DNA of 64,000 nt from an uncultured Nitrososphaerota archaeon (GTDB lineage: Archaea > Korarchaeota > Korarchaeia > Korarchaeales > Korarchaeaceae): positions 106,450 through 170,449 of the forward strand of contig CAZQNA010000004.1 in assembly GCA_964594835.1 (NCBI GenBank). Reading direction: 5' to 3'. Every line of letters begins with the position of its first letter. The stretch's first letter is position 1. Both the position numbers and the translations under genes were made by a program. Below the pieces are notes generated by a model. It made no database searches and had not been told where the DNA came from. It saw nothing but the letters and a program-made list of their open reading frames with translations. This document shows positions 39,038 to 47,519 of the stretch, piece after piece.

Positions 39038-41257
39038 TCACAGGCGGTCGATGTAGTCCTCGGCCCTCGGGAGCTCCTCCTTCATCCCCTTCCTTCTCCT
39101 GATCTCCAGGATCACCTGCTCCATGAGGGACTTCGGCAGGGGCTCCCAGTGGGAGAACTTCGTCTGCCAGAAGGCCCTGCCCCCGGTGACGCTCCTCATC
39201 TCGTTGCTGAAGTCGCCCAGGGTCTCCCTGACCGGGATGTACCCCTTGACCAGGCTGATCCTTCCCCTCTCCTCCACGCCCGTGACCTTCCCCCTCTTCT
39301 GCGAGATCAGGCCTATCACGCTGCCGATCAGCTCCGGCGGGACCGTCACCTGAATCTCGTAGACCGGCTCCAGCAGGACCGGCTCGTCGCTGAGCATGGC
39401 GCCGAATATGGCCCTCCTGGTGGCCGGGACCAGCTGGGCCGGTCCCCTGTGGGCCGGGTCCTCGTGGATCATGGCGTTGACCAGCCTTATCACCAGTCCC
39501 ATCGAGGGCTCGCCGGCGAGCGGGCCCTCCTTCATGGCCCACATGAAGCCCTGCTTCAGGATCTCCCTCACCTCGTCCAGCCTCTGGACGCCGACGGTCC
39601 TGTTGATGAACAGGTTGTAGTTCTCCTCGTCGATCTTCCAGACGTTCCTGGCGTCGTCGGTCTCCATGCCGCCCTCCTCCCTCAGGATCTTGGCGATGGA
39701 CCTGCTGTCCATCCTCTCGTGCACCTTCCTCTCCCTGATGAGCTCGATGACCTTCTCCGGCAGCCTCTCGGCGGTGATCCAGAGCCTGTTCAGCTTGTTG
39801 GGCGACTTGGCCAGCACGGGCTCCGGGGAGGAGGACTTCATGCTCTCCCTGTATACGACGGTAGGTTCGCTGACCTCGAACTCGAGGCCTGACTTCTTGA
39901 TGTCGTAGAGCGACACCTCCAGGTGCAGGGCGCCGGTCCCCTTGAGGAGGATCTCGCCCGTCTCGGTGTTGTGTATGAGGATCAGGTTCGGGTCCTGGAG
40001 CGTGAGCTTCCTGAGGGAGTCGACCAGCTTCGGCAGGTCAGACGGCCTCTTGGCCTCTATCGCCACCGTGACCACCGGCTCAGTGACGTAGTGCATCGCC
40101 TCGAAGCCCGCCTGCACCCTCTCCCTGACTGAGGGGAGCACGAGGGTCTCGCCCGAGCTGGCCGCGTCCACGCCGAGCAGGGCGGCTATGTTCCCGGCGG
40201 GGATCTGCTCCATCCTGACCCTGTAGGGCCCCATGTAGATGGCGGTCTGCTGGATCCTCTGGGTCTTCTTAGCGTTGAGCAGGTATACCTCCTGCCCCTC
40301 CTCGACTGTCCCGCTGAACACCCTGCCGGTGACCACGACCCCGGCGTGCGGGTCGACCTTGGCGGCGTTGACGCCTATGATGAGCGGGCCGTTGGGGTCG
40401 CACCTCTTCAGGGCCTCGAGAATCTCCTCGTCGTGCTTGTCCTTCCAGATCCTGTCGATCCTGTACTGCTGGGCCTCTATCGGGCTGGGGACGTGCTTCA
40501 CCACCATCTCCAGGATGGCCTCGTGAACCGGCAGCTCGTGCTTGAGCCTGACGTGGTCGTCCTCGGCGTAGGCCTTCAGGATGTCCGCGAAGGTGACGCC
40601 CTTCCTCTTGGAGATGGACGCGTTGAGGCCCCAGCCGTGCAGGCCCGATCCCAGGGCCACGGTGTCGTTCTCCCACCTGACCTTCCACTTGTCCCTGAAC
40701 TCCGGCTCGGCGTAGGCCTCTATCAGGTCGTTGAACTGGGTTATGATCCTGGCGATCTTCTTCTGGGTCTCCTGCGGCGTGAGCCTGAGTTCCTTGATGA
40801 GCCTGTCGACCTTGTTGATGAACAGGAGCGGCCGAACCCTCTCCTCCAGGGCCTGCCTGGTCACCGTCTCTGTCTGGACCATGACCTCCTCCACCGCGTC
40901 GACCACCACTATGGCGCCGTCTATCACCCTCAGGGACCTGGTGACGTGCCCGGTGAAGTCGATGTGGCCGGGCGTGTCGACCATGTTGATCGCGTACTCC
41001 CTCCCCTCGTGCTTGTAGTACAGAGAGACGTTCGCGGCCTTTATCGTGATCCCCCTGGCCTGCTCGAGCTCGTGGTAGTCGAGCCACCTCATCTCGCCGG
41101 CCATCTTGGTGCTGATCATGCCCGCGGAGGAGAGCAGGTTGTCCGAGAGCGTCGTCTTGCCGTGGTCTATGTGGGCGATGATCCCGATGTTCTTTATGTT
41201 CTGGGGATCCATCATAAGGCCCTGGAGGTGCTCTACGATCTTCTTGTACTTCTGCAA
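39038..41257 (-). CDS. fusA: translation elongation factor EF-2
   Basis: AHIDHGKTT, RGITI, DTPGH, NKVD, SPNKLN, HEDPAHRGPAQ. Confidence 0.97.
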   Translation of the reverse strand: MQKYKKIVEHLQGLMMDPQNIKNIGIIAHIDHGKTTLSDNLLSSAGMISTKMAGEMRWLDYHELEQARGITIKAANVSLYYKHEGREYAINMVDTPGHIDFTGHVTRSLRVIDGAIVVVDAVEEVMVQTETVTRQALEERVRPLLFINKVDRLIKELRLTPQETQKKIARIITQFNDLIEAYAEPEFRDKWKVRWENDTVALGSGLHGWGLNASISKRKGVTFADILKAYAEDDHVRLKHELPVHEAILEMVVKHVPSPIEAQQYRIDRIWKDKHDEEILEALKRCDPNGPLIIGVNAAKVDPHAGVVVTGRVFSGTVEEGQEVYLLNAKKTQRIQQTAIYMGPYRVRMEQIPAGNIAALLGVDAASSGETLVLPSVRERVQAGFEAMHYVTEPVVTVAIEAKRPSDLPKLVDSLRKLTLQDPNLILIHNTETGEILLKGTGALHLEVSLYDIKKSGLEFEVSEPTVVYRESMKSSSPEPVLAKSPNKLNRLWITAERLPEKVIELIRERKVHERMDSRSIAKILREEGGMETDDARNVWKIDEENYNLFINRTVGVQRLDEVREILKQGFMWAMKEGPLAGEPSMGLVIRLVNAMIHEDPAHRGPAQLVPATRRAIFGAMLSDEPVLLEPVYEIQVTVPPELIGSVIGLISQKRGKVTGVEERGRISLVKGYIPVRETLGDFSNEMRSVTGGRAFWQTKFSHWEPLPKSLMEQVILEIRRRKGMKEELPRAEDYIDRL

Positions 41258-41373
41258 GGCCTTTTCACCCTTCCAAGGCCAGCCCTCGCGCCCGCGTTAA
41301 AAAAGAATGCCCCCGCCGCCGGGAGACGCTGGCCTATTATATAGCCGTGGGCGCCGCATCCGCGGTGGATTGA

Positions 41374-42651
41374 TTGGCGGGCCTCGCCGGAAGGGAGAGG
41401 AGCCTCGAAGTCATCCTCGGTCTCTCCAGGAACCCGTTCACCCCACTAGCCGACTTCGATCCCGAGCTGGCCAGGCAGATGTTCGTACCCCTCCAGCCAG
41501 ACTCGGGCCTGTTCGCCATGGCCAGCGATACCCTCGCCGGCACAGGGTCGGCCTTCGTGGCGGTGGTCGGGGAGCCGGGGATGGGTCGGACCTCGAGGCT
41601 CAACGTGCTGGCGCACGACTTCTGGGAGTCCGAGGGAGAGTACATCCTCTACGAGGTCAACCCCCTGGAGGGACCCGACGCGATAGACGATCTCCTAAGC
41701 TTCACGTACGAGCGAAGCCGGAGCATCAGGAAGGCGCTCAAGAGGCTGGTCCTCGGCGTCTCGGAGCTCAGCGACGAGGAGCTGGAGAGGCTCAGGAGGT
41801 CCCCGGCGAGCGTCGGGGAGGCCTTGGTCGACTACCTCGATCCCATAAGGCCCGTCGCACTTCTCCTGGACGACGCCCACAACATGCTCCTCGGGGGAGA
41901 CAGGTGGTCCTTCTTCTTCTTCGAGAGCATCAGGGAGCTGGTCTCGGTCATGCCGGAGGGGATCATGGTCGTGATGACCATGAGCCCGGACGCCTTCAAC
42001 GCTCTGAGGAAGAGGCACTCCGCCCTGATATCTAGGATGCACGACAGGGTGGAGCTGAAGCCCCTGACCAACGAGGAGGCTATCCAGATAGTGGAAAAGA
42101 GAGTCTCGACGTTCAGGGTCAGGGAGCCGAGGTTCGAGCTGGACCCGTTCACCCCGGAGGCGGTGGAGGCCGCCAACGGCTACGCGCGCGGGGTGCCCAA
42201 GAGGCTGATGGACATACTCTCCCAGGCCCTGGAGGCCGCCGTTGCCCTGAGGAGGACCACGGTCACGGAGGTGATCGTGGACGACGTGATGGAGCCGGAG
42301 GCCCCTCTTCTGGAGTTCCTAGAGAGGGTTCCGGAGAGGTTCAGGAGGGAGGTGGAGACGCTGATCAGGGACTTCGGCGGCGGGCCGATAACCCTCGAGA
42401 AGCTGGCCCTGGCCGCGGAGGTCCCAGTGGACGAGGAGTACAGGAGGCTTGAGACCCTGGTGGCGGCCGGGTACCTCTCGAAGGACGCCGCCGGCATGTA
42501 CTACCTGCCCAAGGATGTCCTCGAGTCTGCCGAGGCCAGAGAGGAGCCGACGAAGAGGAGACCTTCCAGGGCCCGTCCCAGGGAGCAGGAGAGGCCGAGG
42601 AAGATCTCCAAGTCCATAGAGAAGCTCCTGAGGAGGACCAAGAGGCGCTGA
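41374..42651 (+). CDS. AAA+ domain protein (ExeA/Cdc6-like) with C-terminal wHTH; Walker A Lys replaced by Arg
   Basis: LGLSRNPF, GEPGMGRT, LLLDDAH, ALISRM, LKPLT, GVPKR. Confidence 0.75.
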   Translation: MAGLAGRERSLEVILGLSRNPFTPLADFDPELARQMFVPLQPDSGLFAMASDTLAGTGSAFVAVVGEPGMGRTSRLNVLAHDFWESEGEYILYEVNPLEGPDAIDDLLSFTYERSRSIRKALKRLVLGVSELSDEELERLRRSPASVGEALVDYLDPIRPVALLLDDAHNMLLGGDRWSFFFFESIRELVSVMPEGIMVVMTMSPDAFNALRKRHSALISRMHDRVELKPLTNEEAIQIVEKRVSTFRVREPRFELDPFTPEAVEAANGYARGVPKRLMDILSQALEAAVALRRTTVTEVIVDDVMEPEAPLLEFLERVPERFRREVETLIRDFGGGPITLEKLALAAEVPVDEEYRRLETLVAAGYLSKDAAGMYYLPKDVLESAEAREEPTKRRPSRARPREQERPRKISKSIEKLLRRTKRR

Positions 42652-42711
42652 GGATCTGTGGGATAATCTTTTAACGGATTGGGCCGGAGCCTGCCGCGGT
42701 GACGTGCGTCC

Positions 42712-43407
42712 ATGTCCAGGGGGAGGGAGATAATCCAGGGGGCCATCTCCGAGGGCAGGAAGGTCCTACTGGAGCCCGAGGCGAAGGCCCTGGTCGCCGA
42801 GTACGGAATTCCAGTCACGAGGGTCAAGGTGGCCAAGTCCGAGGATGAGGCCGTTCAGTTCGCCAGGGAGATCGGCCTGCCGGTCGTCCTCAAGATAGTC
42901 TCCCCGGACGTCCTCCATAAGAGCGACGTGGGCGGAGTGAAGGTGAATCTGAAGACCGAGGAGGAGGTGAGGAGGGCCTACAACGAGATCATCGAGTCCG
43001 TGAGGTCCAGGGTGCCCAACGCCAGGATCGTCGGGGTGCTCATCCAGGAGTTCGCCCCCTCCGGCGTGGAGGTCATCATAGGCCTGATCAGGGACCCGCA
43101 GTTCGGCCCCACCGTCATGTTCGGCCTCGGAGGGGTGTTCGTCGAGGTCTTCAGGGACGTGTCCTTCAGGGTGGCGCCCCTGACCGAGAGGGACGCCGAG
43201 GAGATGATCAGCGAGATCAAGGGGAGCAAGCTCTTGGAGGGCTACAGGGGAGCGGAGCCGGTGGACAAGAGGGCCCTCGTGGACGCCCTCGTCCGGGCGG
43301 GCCAGATCGGGGTGGATCACCCTGAGGTGAAGGAGATGGACCTCAACCCCGTGATGGCGTACCCCAGCGGACTTAAAGTGGTGGACGCCAGGGTCATACT
43401 GGGGTGA
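42712..43407 (+). CDS. acdB: acetate--CoA ligase (ADP-forming) beta subunit
   Basis: LLEPEAK, PVVLKIVSPDVLHKSDVGGV, DPQFGP..FGLGG, EMDLNP, VDAR. Confidence 0.93.
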   Translation: MSRGREIIQGAISEGRKVLLEPEAKALVAEYGIPVTRVKVAKSEDEAVQFAREIGLPVVLKIVSPDVLHKSDVGGVKVNLKTEEEVRRAYNEIIESVRSRVPNARIVGVLIQEFAPSGVEVIIGLIRDPQFGPTVMFGLGGVFVEVFRDVSFRVAPLTERDAEEMISEIKGSKLLEGYRGAEPVDKRALVDALVRAGQIGVDHPEVKEMDLNPVMAYPSGLKVVDARVILG

Positions 43408-43411
43408 TGGA

Positions 43412-43621
43412 TTGGCCAGGAGGGTGTCGGAGCTATACGACATGGAGGTCTACACCACCGACGGCAAGTTCGTCGGGACGGTGGACGACATAGTGTTCGA
43501 CGACGCCGAGGGCCGACTCGCCGCGATAGTCGTGGCCCTTGACGAGAAGGGTAGGGAGAGGAGGACGATCCCGTACCCGGCCATAAGGGCCTGCGCCGAC
43601 ATAATCCTCGTGTCGGTGTGA
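43412..43621 (+). CDS. PRC-barrel domain protein
   Basis: SELYDMEVYTTDGKFVGTVDDIVFD..IPY..IRACADIILV. Confidence 0.88.
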   Translation: MARRVSELYDMEVYTTDGKFVGTVDDIVFDDAEGRLAAIVVALDEKGRERRTIPYPAIRACADIILVSV

Positions 43622-43734
43622 GCTGGCCCCCCGGCGGCGAACCTTTTTAATCTCCTAACACCGGCCCGATCCGAGCACGCTTGGTGGCGGGCGATCTTTC
43701 GGGCAACGCAACGGCTGAGAGAGGAGGAGCCCCC

Positions 43735-44649
43735 ATGGGAGCAGCACAGGCGCAGGATCTTGATGTCCTCCGGCGTAGGGTTGAGGATCTGAGGGCGAAA
43801 CTTCTCTCGATACGCGACGAGAGGAGGGCCATAATAGAGGTTCTCAAGGGTCTGAGGGAGAAGAGGAGAGAGCTCATCGAGCAGGTGAGGGGAAAGAGGG
43901 CCAAGATAAGGGAGCTCATGGAGGAGAGGAAGAAGATCAGGGAGGAGGTCGAGAAGCTCTTCGAGGAGAGGAGGAGGGTCATCGACGAGTACAGGAAGGC
44001 CAGGCAGGAGGCCATGGAGATCAAGAACAAGTACGAGAACCTCATCGCCGAGGTCGGGGTCCCCGAGCGCGTCCTTCGGAGGAGGATAGCCGCCCTGGAG
44101 AGGAGGATCGAGACCCAGCCCCTGTCCAGGGACGCGGAGAGGGACCTGGTGGTCAGGATAAGCCACCTGGAGGCACAGCTCCAGACCCTCGTCGAGGCCA
44201 AGAAGCTGAAGAGGCGCTACATCGAGATCATGGCCGAGGCGGAGAGGTGGAGGTTCTTCATCAGGGACACGGGGGAGAGGATCAAGGAGCTGAAGTCCAA
44301 GATATCCGAGATAAACTCGGAGATATCGCAGATCATAAAGGAGCTGGACGAGATCCGCCCCCAGATCGACGAGCTCAGCAAGGAGATAGAGGAGAAGAGC
44401 GGCAGGGTGGACGAGATGAAGGCTCAGATGGACGAGATATTCCAGGAGATAACTCAGACGAGGGAACTCCTGAAGAAGGCCTACGAGGACATTCAGGCCG
44501 CCGCCAAGCTGACGGAGGAGCAGATAAAGACCAGGCTGGCTCAGGAGGCCCTGGAGAAGTACAAGGCTGGAGAGAAGCTGACCCTCGAGGAGCTGAAAGC
44601 CCTCATGGAGGCCGGCCTCCTGGAGGGCGGCCCCGCCTCCTCGAGCTAG
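43735..44649 (+). CDS. archaeal coiled-coil protein (COG1340-like)
   Basis: long heptad E/K/R-rich helix, IETQPLS..ER.LV, C-terminal KYKAGEKLTLEEL. Confidence 0.82.
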   Translation: MGAAQAQDLDVLRRRVEDLRAKLLSIRDERRAIIEVLKGLREKRRELIEQVRGKRAKIRELMEERKKIREEVEKLFEERRRVIDEYRKARQEAMEIKNKYENLIAEVGVPERVLRRRIAALERRIETQPLSRDAERDLVVRISHLEAQLQTLVEAKKLKRRYIEIMAEAERWRFFIRDTGERIKELKSKISEINSEISQIIKELDEIRPQIDELSKEIEEKSGRVDEMKAQMDEIFQEITQTRELLKKAYEDIQAAAKLTEEQIKTRLAQEALEKYKAGEKLTLEELKALMEAGLLEGGPASSS

Positions 44650-44702
44650 CCGGCTCCGACCCACATTTTTAATTCCAGCCGGCCCCGGGCAAGCGATAGG
44701 AC

Positions 44703-45800
44703 TTGGTCACCAAGGGCCCCGAGGGAACTCCGCGGCGAGTGCTGGTTCTCTGCGTTGACAGGGACGACGATCTCGGCCTTAAGACTGGCCTGAGGGGCCC
44801 CGTGGTCGGACCTGACGCGAACACAGAGGCCGCTACGAGGCTGGCGCTCGCCGACCCCCAGGAGGCCGACGCGAACGCGATCTTCGGAGCGGTGAAGGTG
44901 GCCGAGGAGGTCAAGCGCGAGCTCCCTGAAGCCGAGGTCCTGGTGGCCACGATAACGGGTCACCACACCAGCGAGCTGATAGCGGACCAGGAGATCATCA
45001 GGCAGATGGCGGAGGTCACCTCCACATTCCGCCCCGACCACGCCATACTCGTCTCGGACGGCGTCGACGACGAGAGGGTGATCCCCCTCCTCCTCAAGTT
45101 CGTCCCGACGATTAGCGTGAGGAGAGTGGTGGTCCAGCAGAGCCCCCAGCTCGAGGAGACCTACCTGCTCATAAGGAGGTACATAGAGAGGCTCCTTGAG
45201 AGCCCGGAGGCCAGGGCCTACGCCTTGGGAGTGCCGGGGGCCCTTCTGGCGCTGGCCGGGATCCTCTCGCTCCTGAACCTCCAGAGGTACCTCACCACGG
45301 GCTTCATACTCTTCCTAGGCGCGCTGCTAATGGAGAAGGGGTTCTCCATAACTGGCAGGATCGTCAGGGCGGTCAAGTACTTCGGGGGAGCCATGGGGAT
45401 ATTCTCCCTGTTCTTTGGACTCACTGGGGTGGCTGCGAGCGCGTTTCAGGCCTACAGGACCGCATCAAGCATGATAGAGAGCAACCCAGCGAGCGTGGTG
45501 GTGGGGACGGTCCTGAGGAGCACCTCTCACCTGTTCTTCCTCTTCACGTCGGTGGCCTTCCTGGGGAGCGCGATAGAGTCCTACGCCATGAAGCGCGGGG
45601 ACTATCTGGAGAAGCTCATAGCCGTACCCGTCTCCTTCTCGGCCTGGCTGGTCACCTACTACGCGGGGGAGTACCTCCTTGGGAGGATAGGGGCGGTCAT
45701 CCTGGGCCTCGGCCTGACGGCCTCGCTGCTCTTCTCGATAGCCTCACTCTTCTTCCTCAGAGCCCTCGTAGGGAGGAGAAGGAGATCCGACGGTGAATGA
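44703..45800 (+). CDS. DUF373 family membrane protein
   Basis: VLCVDRDDDLG.KTG..GPVVG, ADPQEADAN, VSDGVDDE, VVVQQS..LEETY. Confidence 0.92.
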   Translation: MVTKGPEGTPRRVLVLCVDRDDDLGLKTGLRGPVVGPDANTEAATRLALADPQEADANAIFGAVKVAEEVKRELPEAEVLVATITGHHTSELIADQEIIRQMAEVTSTFRPDHAILVSDGVDDERVIPLLLKFVPTISVRRVVVQQSPQLEETYLLIRRYIERLLESPEARAYALGVPGALLALAGILSLLNLQRYLTTGFILFLGALLMEKGFSITGRIVRAVKYFGGAMGIFSLFFGLTGVAASAFQAYRTASSMIESNPASVVVGTVLRSTSHLFFLFTSVAFLGSAIESYAMKRGDYLEKLIAVPVSFSAWLVTYYAGEYLLGRIGAVILGLGLTASLLFSIASLFFLRALVGRRRRSDGE

Positions 45801-46250
45801 GGCGTCGGCCGCCTTCCTGAGGGCCACGCTGAAGCCCGGCTCCGCGCCTATCACGGCCACCTCCTTTCCCGCCTCCTTCGCCCTGTAGACGAGCGGGAGG
45901 TAGGCGGCCGACCTTGTGGCGAGGGCCAGGGCGTCTATCTTCTCGTCGTGTATGGCGTCCATGGCGGCTATGGTGAGGTCCACCTCCGGCTTGCCCGGGG
46001 ATATGAGGGCCTTGTATCCGGCGTTCATCACGGCCTCCACGAGCTTCTCGGGGGCCTTCCTGTCGAGGACGACCACCTTGACCCTCACGTTCCCCAGATC
46101 AGAGGCCACCTTGGATATCTCCTCCAGGTCAACCCCTAGCTCCTTCCTCAGCATGTTGGGGCCGTCCACTATTACGGCGACTCGCCTCCTCCTGTGCCTC
46201 GAGGGAAGTCTGAGCGGTACTCTGGGGACGGAGACGCGGCGGTGGCTCAT
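45744..46250 (-). CDS. NYN domain protein (TIGR00288-like)
   Basis: VDGPNMLRKE, KLVEAV, DALALATR, EPGFSVALRKAAD. Confidence 0.88.
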   Translation of the reverse strand: MSHRRVSVPRVPLRLPSRHRRRRVAVIVDGPNMLRKELGVDLEEISKVASDLGNVRVKVVVLDRKAPEKLVEAVMNAGYKALISPGKPEVDLTIAAMDAIHDEKIDALALATRSAAYLPLVYRAKEAGKEVAVIGAEPGFSVALRKAADASFTVGSPSPPYEGSEEEE

Positions 46251-46347
46251 CGGACCACCCCTTCCCAGGACCTAATTAACGGTTGGCCCGTCGCCCGCGC
46301 AAACTAGATTAATCGCCACGCCCGGGGAACGGACCCGAGGGATAGGG

Positions 46348-46674
46348 TTGATCTGCCCGAAATGCGGCGCGCTGATGTCTCCCAGGGTAGTGGACGGCAA
46401 GGTCGTGTTCAAGTGCCCCAGGTGCGGGTACGAGGGGACCGAGGGGAGGGCCCTCAACATAACCAGGAGGGTCGCCGGCAGCCCGGAGAACAAGGTGGTC
46501 GTGATAGAGAACCCGGAGGATCTGATCTCCCTCCCCAAGGTGAAGGCGGTCTGCCCCAAGTGCGGGCACACCGAGGCCTACCTCAGGATAGAGCAGACCA
46601 GGTCGGCGGACGAGCCCCCAACCAGGATCTACACCTGCGTCAAGTGCAAGTACACGTGGCGGGAGTACTCCTGA
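46348..46674 (+). CDS. tfs: transcription elongation factor TFS
   Basis: two zinc ribbons and QTRSADEP. Confidence 0.95.
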   Translation: MICPKCGALMSPRVVDGKVVFKCPRCGYEGTEGRALNITRRVAGSPENKVVVIENPEDLISLPKVKAVCPKCGHTEAYLRIEQTRSADEPPTRIYTCVKCKYTWREYS

Positions 46675-46833
46675 ATCTCTCAGACTCAAATCGTGGTTCT
46701 TTGGGGTAGTGGATTGCGCTAGGCTGTGATGTTGGGTATGATTTGGGCGGCAAGCTCGAACTTCCGTCGGCCGCCACCTTCTCGGCCGATAATCAAAGAG
46801 CGGCTTGGGCGGGCTGGGTCAACCACCGGCGGC

Positions 46834-47193
46834 CTACACTACTCTGACCTTCCTTTCCGATACCACGACAAGCCTGCCTCCCACCTCTGATAAGCTCACC
46901 GACCTGAGCAGGCGAGACGTAACCTCTACAATCCTCTCTGGGGTTGGGGGGTCGACTCTGATTAGGACTATCGTGATCCTGCCCTCATAGAGCCGCCTGT
47001 AGAGGAGGCCGAAGTCCTTGTCGAGCGTGACTAGGATCAGCCCGCGGTCGGCAGCGTACTCGGCCACGGCTCTGTCCTCTGCCCCTCTCAAGCCAACTTC
47101 TGCGAGTCGCCTAACCTCGTATCCTCTCTCCAGCAGGAACTTTGCAAGGGAAATTGGCACGTTCTCGTCTAGGAGGAAAGCGGGCTCACTCAA
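46834..47193 (-). CDS. DUF5615 PIN-like toxin (VapC45-like)
   Basis: FLLDENVP, GAEDRAV, LVTLDKDFG. Confidence 0.9.
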   Translation of the reverse strand: MSEPAFLLDENVPISLAKFLLERGYEVRRLAEVGLRGAEDRAVAEYAADRGLILVTLDKDFGLLYRRLYEGRITIVLIRVDPPTPERIVEVTSRLLRSVSLSEVGGRLVVVSERKVRVV

Positions 47194-47404
47194 GGGCCAC
47201 GATTACCTCCTCTCCAGCTAGCTTGGCCGCGTACCTCAGGGCGGCCCTCACATCCTCCAGGGTGAGTTCGGGGTACTCCCTCACGATCTCCTCTGGCGTC
47301 ATCCCCTCAGCCACGAGCCTGACAATGAGGGCTACCGGGATTCTGGTGCCCCGTACGACTGGCTTCCCCCCAAGCTTCTTCGGGTTGACCTCGATCCGCT
47401 CCAT
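47186..47404 (-). CDS. DUF433 antitoxin
   Basis: GGKPVVRGTRIPV..GMTPEEIVREYPELTLEDVRAAL.YA. Confidence 0.93.
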   Translation of the reverse strand: MERIEVNPKKLGGKPVVRGTRIPVALIVRLVAEGMTPEEIVREYPELTLEDVRAALRYAAKLAGEEVIVALE

Positions 47405-47519
47405 CCTCCCATTTGGAGACCCGGCCGTGTCTATTAAAGTCGCCCGCCGACAACCTTTGGGTTAGCGCTCCTCTGCGCAAGCCTACGCGCAAGTCTGTTC
47501 CCAGACTCTTGTGGCGACC

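Noticed and set aside
39038-41257. Divergent EF-2 paralog (aEF-2p)
   Set aside because: The GTPase motifs and the HRG diphthamide loop are canonical.
45744-45800. Convergent 3' overlaps (also at 1171-1193, 3140-3154, 15246-15264, 21166-21194)
   Set aside because: Common in compact GC-rich archaeal genomes; no specific signal.
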